Origin: Octopus vulgaris
Taxonomy: Eukaryota
Reading direction: 5' to 3'
DNA: 64,000 nucleotides
Assembly: GCA_951406725.2 (NCBI GenBank)
Contig: OX597829.1
Coordinates: 48,608,001 to 48,672,000 of the forward strand
Position 1 is the first letter of the stretch. Every line of letters begins with the position of its first letter. Made by a program: the position numbers and the translations under genes. Below, in pieces: positions 41,312 through 54,934 of this stretch. The notes under the pieces are model-generated. The model saw only the letters and a program-made list of their open reading frames with translations. It did no database searches and was not told the origin of the DNA.

Positions 41312-42006
41312 CTGGGGTTTTCTGAATGGAAAATTCTATTTTATAAAACTATTTTTCAGCTTAAATAACCACCCACCTATAATAAGCACGCATGGGCGGT
41401 AATATTGAAGTAAAATATTTCACCTACAAAAAACAAAGATATTCTCAAAAGCCATATTTATTTTATACAATTCCATTTGAACTTCTGTTGTTTCATATAT
41501 CAGATATATTGACATAAAGAAACTGAAACAGTCTTAAATGAAGCAGCATATTAAAAAATATTCTGAAGTTAACAATGGATCGAGTAGGAAATATTGAAGA
41601 TTAAACTGTTGAAAACATGAATAGAAGCCTCGTGTGGCACATGTAAGGAACATTAACAGCAAAACAGTGGTTATTCATTGGATATCGGTGTTCAATAAGA
41701 ACTTGTGTTACAAATAGAGATATTCAAGGTAAATCAGATCACGTAGCAATGATGACAAATATAATTGGATCAGACAAGTGGCGTGGTGCAGCCGACGAAC
41801 TATCAGATAGCGGTAATCAATCAAAAGGTGTTACATTACTCCTCCGACGAAATAAGGCTAGTGCTGAACAGAGCAAATGAATGTCTAAACTGAATGCAAA
41901 TGAGAACACTAACTCTGTTTAACCACAAAATAACCACAAATAACCGCCCATCCAAATAACATGCATGGGTGATCTGATGGAGGGGCAGATTTTTGGAGAA
42001 GCCCAG
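41312..42006 (+). mobile_element. Tc1/mariner-superfamily relic with TIRs
   Basis: TA-CTGGG...CCCAG-TA ends and a degenerate HTH-like internal sequence. Confidence 0.55.
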
Positions 42007-42348
42007 TATATACATATATATATAACCGTTGTTTAATGTCTGCCTTCCATGCTGGCATGTGTGGGATGGTTTGACAAGAGCTGACCAGCCCAAAGCCTGC
42101 ACCAGACATCTGTAACTGTTTCGGCAGGATTTTTACAACTGGATACCCTTCCTAACACCAATCACTCAGCAGAGGGGACATTGTGCTTTTTATGTGGCTC
42201 AAGCACAGGCGAGGTCAGTTTTGGCATGGTTTTTATAGCTGGATGCCTTCCTGACACCAACCACTTTACAGTGTGGACTGGGTGCTTTTTGTGGGCTGGG
42301 TATATATGTGTGTGTGTATTTTCATGTATATATATATATATATATATA

Positions 42349-42635
42349 CTGCTGTGTCTGGGGAGAGTCATTCTCTTTTAGTGCCTTATTATTTAACACA
42401 CTCACCAGTAAAATTTCCACTTTTTTCTTATTTTTATTTTCCTAAAATTTTCGTTGGTGTCTTGCAACCTTTTCAATAGTCTTGACTCTTTTCAAAAGTC
42501 AAGACTATTGAAAAGGTTGCAAGACGCAACGAAAATATTAGAAAATAAAAAAATAAGAAATAAGAGGAAATTTTACCGGTGAGTGTGTTAAATAATAAGG
42601 CACTAAAAGAGAATGACTCTCCCCAGACACAACAG
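42349..42635. mobile_element. Foldback/palindromic MITE (~140-bp arms)
   Basis: CTGCTGTGTCTGGGGAGAGTCATTCTC...GAGAATGACTCTCCCCAGACACAACAG, centred near 42492. Confidence 0.85.
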
Positions 42636-43389
42636 AATATGCTTCAACACATGAACTCACATAAAGAATCCCCTTATTTCCAAATGGCAATTTTGAAATG
42701 GTGATCTGTTTGCACTTTTTTCTTGGAAGTGTTAATTTTAACTTATTCTTTTCCTTTTAATGCTTTTACTTGTTTCAGTCATTAGATTGTGGCCATGCTG
42801 GGGCACTACCTTGAATGATTGTTGACAAACAAAATCGACCCCTAGGACTTGTTTATTAATTCGTTTTTTTTTTTAAGTCTGGTATTTATTCTACCAGTCT
42901 TCTTTATAAAACCTTTAAGCTGCAGTGATGTAAACAAACCAACACCAGTTCTCAAGTGGTGTCTCAAAACTACAGACACACACACACACACAAACACATA
43001 AACACACAAACACCTACACACCCCAAAACACACAAACACACACACACATATGTATATGTGTATGTGTATGAATGTCTCTGTGCTTTTGCCACACACACAC
43101 ACACACACACACACACTCATACACCCACAAACATCCCCACACATATGTATATATGTGTATGAGTGTCTCTGTGTTTATGCTACACATACATAGATGCACA
43201 CACGTACATAGATGCACACACACATACACACACGTATTCATGATGAGCTTCTTTCAGTGACTGTCTACCAAGACAGTCACAAGACTTTGATGGTCTGGGG
43301 CATTTGCTCAAGGTACCGTGCAGTGGGATTGAATCTGGAACCATTTGGTTGGGAAGCAAACATCTTACCACACTGCCACCCCTGTAGCT

Positions 43390-43393
43390 ATAC

Positions 43394-43426
<33 letters not shown>

Positions 43427-43965
43427 TGTTTGTATGTATGTATGTTTGTATGTATGTATGTTTGTATGTATGTATGTATGTTTATATGTATGTATGTATG
43501 TATTGTATGTATGTATGTATGTTTGTATGTATGTATGTAAGTATGTGTGTACATGTATGTATGTATGTGCGTATGTGTGTATGTATGTATGTATGCATGT
43601 ATGTGTGTATGTATGTATGTTTGTATGTATGTATGTTTGTTTGTATGTATGCATGTATGTGTGTATGTATGTATGTGTGTTTGTATGTATGTTTGTATGT
43701 ATGTATGTATGTATGTATGCATGCATGCATGTATGTATGTATGTATGTATGTATGTGTGTACATGTATGTATGTATGTGCGTATGTGTGTATGTATGTAT
43801 GCATGTATGTGTGTACGTATGTATGTATGTTTGTATGTATGTATGTTTGTTTGTATGTATGCATGTATGTGTGTATGTATGTATGTGTGTTTGTATGTAT
43901 GTATGTATGCATGCATGTATGTATGTATGTATGTGTGTATATATACATACATACATATATATATA
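43390..43965. repeat. (ATGT)n microsatellite
   Basis: Visible directly in the sequence. Confidence 0.95.
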
Positions 43966-43974
43966 TATTTAGAC

Positions 43975-44290
43975 TCAATCCCAACAAAAGTCACCAGGGG
44001 TGTCCCTCAGGGGATTGTTTTGTTTTGGGGTCTACTTCTCCTTATAGTCTATAGAAATGACATCTCAAGTTTCAGCAAACACAGCAAAAAAAAAAACAAA
44101 AAAACATTCACAGATGGCTCCAAGCCCTTTGGAAATTATCAATGGAGAAGACTGCACTGCACTTCAGTCTTGATTTACATGCTGTAAGCCATTTGGCAGA
44201 TGAGAACAAAATGCGTTACAATTTTGCAAAAAAGACTGTGCTCAAACAACCAATGTTTTTTATATCCTTCAGGGGAACCATTCACAGCAT
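43975..44290 (+). mobile_element. LINE reverse transcriptase relic (CR1/L2-like)
   Basis: VTRGVPQG...LLLLIVYRND...FTDGSK corresponds to decayed GVPQG and FADD motifs. Confidence 0.6.
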
Positions 44291-44389
44291 CTAATAATAT
44301 CAGGGTCATTAAGGATGAAATATTTGATTTTGAACTGAAAATTTATTTTCCCTTATCTCAACAAAATAATGCAGTCAATCAAAGTATGC

Positions 44390-45080
44390 ACTTAAATTAT
44401 CAACACAATTTTACCGTTATTTATGCTGGCAGCAAAGAATTCTGGAGAGCAAGAGCTGACGAAATCACAAAAGGTTGTTTTTGTATCTTCTTCGGATTTG
44501 AAGTTTTTTCTTAGCAAAACGTTGTCTAATGCCTGGAAAACGTGATAGTCAGTTGGTGCAAGGTCTGGTGAATATGGTGGATGACAGAGTGCTTCCAAGT
44601 TCAGTTCCTGTAACTTGAGCAGTGTTCTTTGTGCAACACGTAGTTGAGCATTGTCTTGCAAGGAAAGTGGTCTGTCTCTATTAACCAATCTCAGTTGTTT
44701 AATTGCAAGTTCACTCATCATTTCATCCGCTGTAGTTGACTTACCAGGTCTCATGAAATTGTAGTGGATGACACCAGTGCTGGACTACCAAACAGACACC
44801 GTTAACATTTTTTGATGAATATTCTTTATCTGACTGTCGTTTTGGCACTTCATCTCTATCCAACCACTTTGCAGAATGCTTGCCATTGTTGAAAAGAATC
44901 CATTTTTCATCACATCTAACAATATGATGCAAAAATGGTTTGCTTTTTATGCTGAGATAGCAAAGAATAGCAAATTTCAATATGACATGTCATTTGATGC
45001 TCATTCAGTTTGTATGGTACCCACTTGTCCAACTTCTTTACCTTGCTGATTTATTACAGATGGTGCAATACAGTTGGAAT
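44390..45080 (-). mobile_element. Mariner transposase pseudogene (D,D34D)
   Basis: CDEKWI, LQDNA and HPPYSPDLAPTDYH motifs, frameshifted. Confidence 0.9.
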
Positions 45081-47404
45081 CAAAGAATACTTTGATTGAT
45101 ATAGTTATGTATATGGCTGGTCAGCAACACTTTTTTCTGCAAAATGTGGATAGTTTATCCTGTTCATGCTATATTATTAGCATTATCCTGTGTTTGAGAA
45201 TAAAAAGAAAATTACTTCTTTAACTTTCTAAGACATCTCAATGCTTCTAAAGCAAACTTTCGTTTCTTTGTTTACTTTAATCGTAATTTTATATATATAT
45301 ATACTCGACGGGTTTCTTTCAGTTTCTGTCTACCAAATCCACTCACAAGGATTTGGTCAGCCTTAGGCTATGGTTGAAGACCCTTGCCCAAGGTGCCACA
45401 CAGTGGGACTGGGAAGCAAGCTTCTTACTACACAGCCATACTTGTTTATATACTCAACAAATTTTGTAACTCCATAGGACAGGAGCTCCTAATTTGCATA
45501 CTATGGGTGTTTAACACTTTATTATTATCAAGGGTCTGTCGATGGAGAACCCAGTCCACATAGTATCAAGGTATGTTATAATATATGTAAATCTGTGTAG
45601 AAGACAACCCCCCCCCCAGTTTGTGGGAGCCATCATGAAAAAACAAATCATATAAAACAAGTAAATTTTTAATTATATCTTTAATAAATTAAGGTGGTGA
45701 GCTGGCAGAATCATTAGCATTCCATGGAAACTGCTTAGCAGCATTTTGTCTGCCGTTACATTCTGAGTTCAAATTCTGCTGAAGTTGACTTTGCTTTTCA
45801 TCCTTTTGGGATTGATAAAATAAGTACCAGTTGAGCACTGGGGTCAATGTTATCAACTTACCCTGCTCGCCAAACTTGCAGGCCTTGTGCTAAAATCTGA
45901 AACCATTATTATTGTTGTCATTGAAGACATCACATAGTATTCAGTATTGTGATGTTGTAGATTGACGATAATGTGTCTACCAAGGATTTGTACCGAGCAT
46001 TTGTAAGTCACAACAAGGACCTCAGACAGACAGTACTTTATGTAGTATACATGCAGTTCCAAGTAAAGCTTGTTGTTGTTGCTGCTGTTGCTGCAACAGT
46101 GGCTGAGGTGGTGGCAGTGAGCTGGCAGAATTGTTAGCATACCAGGGGAAATGCTTAGCGGTATTTCATCTGCTGTTACGTTCTGAGTTCAAATTCCGCC
46201 GAGGTCGACTCTGCCTTTCATCCTTTCGGGGTTGATAAATTAAGTACCAGTTACGCACTGGGGTTGATGTAATCAACTTAATCCGTTTGTCTGTCCTTGT
46301 TTGTCCCCTCTATGTTTAGCCCCTTGTGGGCAATAAAGAATTAAGAATTGTTAGCATGTTGGGCAAAATGCTTAGTGGCATTTTGTCCATCTTTATGTTC
46401 TGAGTTCAAATTTTGCTGAGGTCGACTTTGCTTTTCACCCTTCCAGGGTCAATAAAATAAGTACCAGTTTAGTACTGGGGTTGATGTAATCGACTTAACC
46501 CTTTCTGAAACCTTGCAGGCCTTGTGTCAAAATTTTAAACTCATTATTAAAAAAAAAAAATCAATATTTAAAATATCATTTATTGAAATTAACAAAATGA
46601 AAATTATTGTTGTGTAGAGATAAACAAATCGTAGGACCCATGCAATCATATGCATACTGGCAGATCCTGTTATCAATGTGAACAGTGAGCTCAGGACTGA
46701 ATTCAGGGTGTGGGTAAGTGTCCACCCAGGCTTAGTTTTCAGTCTCCTCCTGTTTAATACTTTTCATATCAGCCCACATCAAACTGTCAGTGATTCTTTG
46801 ATATAAACTTCTCATTTTAAAGTGATTCCAAATACCAGGTTCATAACGACAAGGTTATTTTATTAAATTCTTTATTATTTTTTAAAAAATTAATTGAAAT
46901 AAGAGCAATGCATTTCAACAAAAAATATGGTAGCAAAAGGGTTAAAGTGATCTAAAATTTAAAAACCTCTCCATTTACATTTTCATGTTAATTTATGTTC
47001 CAAACACCTGGTTAATAATGAGAATGTTATTTTCATGAATTTTTTCATTAATTTCAAAATTAATTGAAACAGATAATTATTTCAAAAGAAATATGATAAC
47101 AAGCTGAGAGAATACAGTTCTCTCTGTCATAACATGCAACTTCCCATATAAGGCAGTAACATATTCTCCAAGGCTGCAACCTGGCAGAAACATTAGCATG
47201 CCAGGTGAAATGCTTAGCAGTATTTTGTCTGCCGCTACATTCTGAGTTCAAATTCCGCCGAGGTTGACTTTGCCTTTCATCCTTTCGGGATCGATAAATT
47301 AAGTACCAGTTACCCACTGGGGCCGATGTAATCGACTTAATCCCTTTGTTTGTCCTTGTTTGTCCCCTCTATGTTTATCCCCCTGTAGGCAATAAAGAGA
47401 TAAA

Positions 47405-49466
47405 TAACATATTCTCCTTCATTGTTCATAACTTCTTGTCAGTGTTCCACTAGCTTGTTAATGCCTCAATGGTCGAAACCAACAGGTTTTCACTCAGAAT
47501 TCATTCAGCCCTGTTTCCAGCTCCATGTTATTATCGAACAAAATGCCTTGTAGACTGTTGGAAAGTGGCTGTAAAAGGTGATTACATCATCATCGTTTAA
47601 CGTCCACTTTCCATGCTAGCATGGGTTGGACGGTTCAACTGGGGTCTGGGAAGCCCGAAGGCTGCACCAGGCCAGTCAGATCTGGCAGTGTTTCTACAGC
47701 TGGATGCCCTTCCTAATGCCAACCACTCCGTGAGTGTAGTGGGTGCTTTTTACGTGCCACCGACACATGAAGATACTAAATCACAAGAATACAATGGGTG
47801 CTGTAGGACTTCTCAACCATTCTCTTGGGTAACATTTTTGGTCAGATTAGTAATGTGGGGGACAAACATTGTTTTACTGAAGAAGCCTGTCGTGTCACCA
47901 GTTGGGTTTTTGGATGTCTCATTGAAGCAACACATTTGTAGAATGTATAGCTTTGTGTTGACTGTTTGGTTGTCTTTTTTCAGACATTTCAAAGTGGATT
48001 AGTTCCTCTCAGTTCCTCCAAATTCTGTTCATTTTCTTGCATGGACGGATGCAACTCTGCTTGGTTTGATGTGTTACTTGCTTGTTAAGACTCAGCCATT
48101 CTTTCCTCTGTTTCTTGTTGATTTAAAGACATGAGTTTTCTTCACTGGTAACAATCCTCTTCCTCCTCTTCTTCCTGTTCTTCCTCCTCCTCTTCCTCCT
48201 CCTCTTCTTCCTCCTCTTCTTCCTCCTCTTCTTCCTCCTCTTCTTCCTCCTCTACTTCCTCCTCTTCTTCCTCCTCTACTTCCTCCTCTTCTGCCTCCTC
48301 CTCTTCCTCCTCTTCTTCCTCCTCTACTTCCTCCTCTTCTTCCTCCTCTTCCTCCTCCTCTTTCTCCCCCCCTTCCTCCCCCTCCTCCTCCTCTTCATCA
48401 TCATCGTCATCTTCGTTGTCATCATCATCATCATCATCATCATCATTATCATTATCCTGATCATGATCATCATCTTCATCCTCATCATGACCATCATCAT
48501 GATCATAGTCATGATGATGATGATCATCATCATTGTTCAATGTTTGCCTTCCATGCTGGCATGTGTTGGACAGTTTTACAGGAGCTAGCCAGGTAGAAAA
48601 CTACACCAGGATGCTGTGTCTGTTTTGGCATGGTTTCCCAGCTGGATGCCCTTCCTAACATCGACCACTCCACAGAGTGGACTTAGCGCTTTTTACGTGG
48701 CATCAGCACAATCAAGATTAGTTTTGGCATAGTTTTTACAGTTGGGTGCCCTTCCAACTGCCAACCACTTTACAGTGTGGACTGGATGCTTTTTTATGTG
48801 GCACCATCACTGGCAGAGTCACAAAGTATCAGTGTGGTTAAGAAATCACAGTATATATCCATGAGTAGTCTGGTGCAAGCAAACTAATGGCAAGAGAGAA
48901 GTGCTGGAGTTTGTCTGTTTTATTCAGAGTGGGTGATACACATGCACTGAGCTTTTGGACCTTATCCATTCCGTGAAAATGACAGGTGATAGTATTATAA
49001 GAGCATCTCATCTGCTGGGACAATTCCCTTGTGTTTTGGCACAGATCCTTGTGGATGAGCTGGCTCAGTTGATCCTCATTGGAATGAACAAGGCAGCTGG
49101 AATGCGGAGAGTCTATGAGGTCGAATTTCTTGTTGAAGCATGGAAACCATTTCTGTCCAGGTCATTCGTTAACAGAACCTTCACCATACACGACTGTATC
49201 AAGTGGCTTTGGTATCTTTGTACAATCATCAAAAGTGAAGAGCACTAGGTGCTGAAAATGTTTATTTTCTTTGGCACTCCGTTATCATGTCTGAAAATTA
49301 TTTATATTTCAAAAATAATAAAGATTAAGTTGTAGAGTTAAAAAACAGAGTTACAGGAAAATAAAAAGCTCCAAAAAAACTATAAAACACTTCGTTAAAA
49401 ATATTTCCATGTGTTAATTCAAATAACGTCGGAAAGGAACGAATTAAGTTATCCGATAGCTCAATA
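47405..49466 (-). mobile_element. Fragmented mariner element interrupted by retroposon tails and microsatellites
   Basis: TIR-like end near 49466. Colinear pieces at 48850-49250 (HTH, TRELSQQM...KVQKL), 47770-48140 (EVLQHPLYSCDL) and 47410-47580 (INKLVEH*QEV..NEGEY). Confidence 0.75.
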
Positions 49467-50170
49467 AAATGTTATTTTGTTATAACTGACATTTAAGAGT
49501 TAAGCCCATGCTAGCATGGAAAGCGGACGTTAAACGATGATGATGATGATGATGACGATACAGATACAGATACATAGGAAAAAACAGACATACAAATATA
49601 GATATGTACACACACACACACAAACACACACACACATACATGCACACACACACACACACATGCACACACACACACACACATAAGTCCACACTGTAAAGTG
49701 GTTGGTGTTAGGAAGGACATCAATCTATAAAAGTATTGTGCAGGAGTGGGTTTGTGGTAAGAAGCTTGCTTCTCAACCACATAGTCCTAGGTTCAGTCCT
49801 ACTGTGTGGCACCTTGGGCAAGTGTCTTCTACTATAGCATTGGGCTAATGGAAGCCTATCGTATATGGATATATATATATATGTATGTATGTATGTATAT
49901 GTTTGTGTGTCTGTGTTTGTCCCCCCAACATCACTTGACAACCGATGTTGGTGTGTTTACATCCCCGTAACTTAAAGGTTCGGCAAAAGAGACCAATAGA
50001 ATAGGGACTAGGCTTACAAAGAATATGGCTCTGGGGTCGATTTGCTTGACTATAAAGGCGGTGCTCCAGCACGGGCACAGTCAAAATGACTGAAACAAGT
50101 AAAAGAATAAAAGAATAAAAGAATAAAGAACATAAATATAAATAACTGAATAAATGTGTGTGTGTGTGTA

Positions 50171-50208
<38 letters not shown>

Positions 50209-50326
50209 TGTATATATATATCCATCCATATATATATATATATATATATATATAGATAGATAGATATATAAACATATATATTAACATATATATATATATA
50301 TATATATATAGATAGATAGATATATA

Positions 50327-50412
<86 letters not shown>

Positions 50413-50835
50413 TATATACACATACACATATACATATACACATACATACATATATACATATATTCAGAGATTTATACAAACACACATACACACACACACA
50501 CATACATACACACACACACACACGCACATGCACACACACACACACACACAATAATATGATGATATTATATGCTTTATCTTCGTTTGTATCAGATACTTTA
50601 TTTAATAAAAAAAAAAGAAAAGAGACACAGATATGAAGGACGTATCTGTACCTATACGATATTTATCTTTTACATTGACAAGAATGCCAAGAATATTATT
50701 TGCAATATTGAAAGTGAATTGTCCTCTGCAAACCTCCGACGTTATTGTGGCACAATCTCATGACATACATGATGGTCTGCGATAATGGGAAATTGTATGG
50801 GAAAAGATATTTTAATGCATACCGTCACTGTTTTT

Positions 50836-51556
50836 GCCACCACCACCACCACCACCACCACCACAATCACTACTACCAACACCACCACCGCCGCCACTAC
50901 CTGATGGCATCACCTCTGCCACTACCGTCACCTTTATCATCACCACCACCACCATCACTACTACCAACACCACCACCGCCACTACCTGATGGCATCACCT
51001 CTGCCACTACCGTCACCTTTATCATCACCACCACCACCACCACCACCACCACCACCACCACCATCACTACTACCAACACCACCACCGCCACTACCTGATG
51101 GCATCACCTCTGCCACTACCGTCACCTTTATCATCACCACCACCACCACCACCACCATCACTACCACCATCACTACCACTAACACTGCCACCACTGGGTC
51201 CACTACTACTACCACCACCACCACCACAACTGCCAATACCGCCACCGCCAATACTGCCACCGCCCCCACCACTTCCACTACCACCACTGCCATCATTGAT
51301 GCCGCTGCCACCCCCCCACCCCTCACCACTTCCGCTACCACCACCACCACCTCCACCACCATCATTGCTGCCACCACCACCACCACCACTACCACCACCG
51401 TCAATAACGCCACCGCCCCACCACTTCCACTAACACCACTGCCATCATTGCTGCCGGCTGCCGCTCCCCACCACTTCCACTACCACCACTACCACCACTA
51501 CCACCATCATTGCTGCCCCTGCCGCCACCACCACCTCCACCAATGCCACCACCGCT
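50836..51556. repeat. (ACC)n-rich tract with a three-copy higher-order unit
   Basis: CTACCTGATGGCATCACCTCTGCCACTACCGTCACC at about 50897, 50982 and 51091. Confidence 0.85.
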
Positions 51557-51608
51557 ATTACTTACATTTAGTGAAAGAAAGGAAGTTGTATATAATGTGA
51601 CACACACA

Positions 51609-51658
<50 letters not shown>

Positions 51659-52029
51659 TACACACACATTTACATATTTACAGCAATCGGTAGAGAATGG
51701 TTAAGATAAGATAAGGTTCAGTTACAATGGAACAAATTAATAAATACCTATAAAAGACAAACCAGTCTTCATATTATTGGTCTTGGAGATAACTGGTTTC
51801 CCCCCCCCCACCGTTACCAAATCAATATTTTCTTTAATATCATGTTGAGGTACCAATTTCTAACCATTTTTCATGTTCTGTGACTACATCTGTTATTCTA
51901 TGATATTATACATCAGTTTATAATAAGGTGTGTATAATAAAGTGTATTTGACATTGATGATGATGATGACGATGATGATGATAATGACGAGGATGAGGAC
52001 GACGACGACGATGATGATGATGAGGATCA

Positions 52030-52735
52030 TCATCATCATCATCATCATCATTTTCCATTGTAGCATGGGTTGGACTGTTTGAGTGGGCAGTTTGACAAAA
52101 GCCAGCTTGTCAAAAGACTGTGTCGAGGTCTGCTGTTTCTATGGCTGGATGCCCTTTCTAAAGCCAACCACCTTTATAGATTGTACTGGGCACTTTTTTT
52201 TATGTGGCACCAGCACTGCTGAGTCACCGAGTAACTCACAAGGCAAGGCCCCTTGACCGAGTGGAGGAGTAGTATTGAGGGAGGTGGCTTTGTGCCAGGT
52301 GATGAGAAGTTAAGGTATAAATAGAGGGACAGAAGTAGGTATCTTGCTGTAAAGAAGATACATGGTTATCTGGGAAGGAGAGAGAGAGAAAGAGAGAGAG
52401 AGAGTGTGGTGTGTGGTGAGCAAGACAGAAAATGAGGTGATAAAGTGTGATGAAGGAAGACGTGTTAGAGCAGTGAATGGGAGTTAAAGCAGTGTACGGA
52501 AGGTACTGAAGGTCAGGGAGAGAGAGTGGGGGAGAGAGAGGGAGAGAGAGAGAGATGGATGGATGGATGGATCATTCATTCATTCATTCGGTCGTTCATT
52601 CATTCCACTGCAACTGTTATGTAGCCATACCTTGCATTTGATATACTATATGGAATTTCTACCTACATCTTTTCTACATATCGAGCAGGGCCATTCCCCT
52701 GAAAGGATTAGCATGAGATGGTATCGAACTAGTTC
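52030..52735 (-). mobile_element. Old RTE-PHD LINE fragments
   Basis: 52605-52715 on the minus strand reads WPCSICRKDVGRNSI*..CKVWLH, homologous to 61190-61280; a (GAT)n tail fragment lies at 52030-52250. Confidence 0.65.
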
Positions 52736-52779
52736 TGGACTAGTTCTGTAGCATGCCAACAGATGGCAGCACACAGTTG

Positions 52780-53553
52780 CACTCACAGTGAGAGCTAGCA
52801 GTGACCTTCATGAAGCAGTGTGCCTAGTGACATCACTATGTTTACTTCACAAGTTGTGAAATTTGTGTTTTTGTGATCACATGTGTATGCTGTAGTCTGC
52901 GATTTTTTTTATCATGGACAGGAACAAAGAGTCAACGTGAAATTTTGTGTTAAACTTGGGAAATTTGCTACAGAGACATTGAAGATGCTTCAGCAAGAGT
53001 GTAATGTTTCGAGCGGACAGTCACTGGAAGAATGTCTCTGGAAAGCGATGAGTAATCTGGAAGACCTGCCATGCGTGTGACCCTTGCAAATGTGGAGAAA
53101 ATTAATCAGCTTGTGAATGAGGATTGTCAGAGGACATTGATGACATTGTATGGGTCCATGCAGGCAATTCTAACATTCGAATTCTTCACAACACCAATGC
53201 ACCCTGTCACAGAACTCTCCTCGCTCATGAGTTTCTCACCAAAATCAACATGGTATCACATCCACACCCATCCTATTCATCAGATTTAATTACATGTGGA
53301 CTTCCATCTGTTCGCCAAGATGAAAATGCAGCTCAAAGGTCACTTTTTAATACCATTGTGAATCGCAGAAGGTCCTCGGCTCACTAATGGAAAATGGTTT
53401 CCAGACCGGATTCTGAAACTGGGAGGAACACTGGGACCGGTGTGTTGCTGTGCAAAGTGACTATTTTGAAGGAGATGAGGTTAAAATTTAGGTAAATAAG
53501 TTATTTTTTTATTAAACATAATTAGTCCAGGAATTCTTAAATACCACCTTGTA
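52780..53553 (+). mobile_element. Mariner transposase relic
   Basis: EQRVNVKFCVKLGK.ATETLKML, LHNTNAPCH, HPSYSSDL and GDYFEG-like end. Confidence 0.8.
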
Positions 53554-54725
53554 ATTTTTTTAGTTTTCATGCCTACTAGTGCATCTCACACAGCCTTCCA
53601 GATCACTAAGTGCAAGTTAATTGTCATCCGCTCGAACATACTTCTCTCTGGCAGCATCACAATTTTATAATGCTTTTGGTTGTGTCGGATCCATTGTTAA
53701 TGTCGAAATAGAAACGTCTCACTTCATTGCTGTGTTTTTTCCCCTTTTAATTTTGATTTTATTTCGGAACACTAAGGGCAAGAGACAGGCCTCCTCCTCC
53801 TCTTCCAACAACAACAACAATCCCTCCTCCATCCACCTCCCCTCCTTCTCAATCCCCACCCTCTCCCCTCCTCCTAATTCTTCTTCTTCTTCTTTCAATT
53901 CTTCTTCTTCTAATTCTTCTTCTTCTTCTTCTTCTTCTTCTTCTTCTTCTTCTTCTTCTTCCAATTTTCCTCCCCCTCCTCCTCCTTCACCACCATACCA
54001 CCACCACCACCACCACCACAATCACTGCTACCACTGCCATCATTGTCATCATCACTTAACATTTTCTTTTTTTTTTACCATGCTGGCATGGGTCATATGG
54101 TTCGACCAGGATCTGTCGAACAACAGGACCGTTCTCAGCTCAAACGTCACCCTAACCCTACAGTGTCTACAGCTCGATGCCTTTCCTAACAACAACAACA
54201 ACCACTTTACAGTATCTTCTTGGTGCTATTTAACCTTTTCTTTTGTACCGCCAGCACTAGTGAGGTTACCGAGTAACCTGCAATACAGAATAAGAACACA
54301 AAAACAAAGGTTAAAAAAAAATACAATTCACATTGCAAAGTGGTGGTGGTGGTTGTGGGGGCAGCATTTGGGGTGGAAATGGGTGGGGTTATGCCAAGTG
54401 TTGAAGGGCTAATGCAGGAGTTTTCAATCATTATTTTTTCATGGGTCTCTTTAATTCCTCTTTTAGTCTACTGGATTCCAATAGTCATTCAGTGTTTAAA
54501 AAATTCTTAAAATATATTTTTGTATTTAAATAGGTGCAGGGGTGGCTGTGTGGTAAGAAGCTTGCTTGCCAATGACATGGTTCTGAGTTCAGTCCCACCG
54601 TGTGGCACCTGGGGCGGGGCGAGTGTCTTCTACTATAGCCTCAGGCCAACAAAGCCTTGTGAGTGGATTTGGTAGATGGAAACTGAAAGAAGCCCGTCAT
54701 GTATACATATACCTATATATATATG

Positions 54726-54788
<63 letters not shown>

Positions 54789-54895
54789 GTGTGACTGTGT
54801 GGTATGAAGCTTGCTTCCCAACAACATGGTTCCGGGTTCAGTCTGAGTGGATTTGATAGACGGAAACTGAAAAAAGCCTGTCGTGTATACGTGTA

Positions 54896-54934
<39 letters not shown>

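Noticed and set aside
43180-44187. Long 200-280-aa ORFs (YVCM/HTYI repeats)
   Set aside because: (ATGT)n microsatellite artefacts.
45959-46705. Short AG...GTAAGT segments (about 45960-46001 and 46654-46703) as the next ABHD11 exons
   Set aside because: Translations do not resemble ABHD11 and the acceptors are weak.
47450-47490. Hammerhead-like GAAAC motif
   Set aside because: No CUGANGA core; the sequence is the antisense of a mariner C-terminal coding region.
48142-48540. Acidic poly-E/D ORF
   Set aside because: (CTT/CCT)n and (CAT)n repeats lying inside a broken mariner.
50989-51600. 203-aa Thr/Pro-rich mucin-like ORF
   Set aside because: Translation of an (ACC)n microsatellite that is open in several frames and on both strands; no splice or domain evidence.
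53621-54412. 263-aa ORF
   Set aside because: Runs through (CTT)n and (CAC)n repeats and an antisense retroposon tail.
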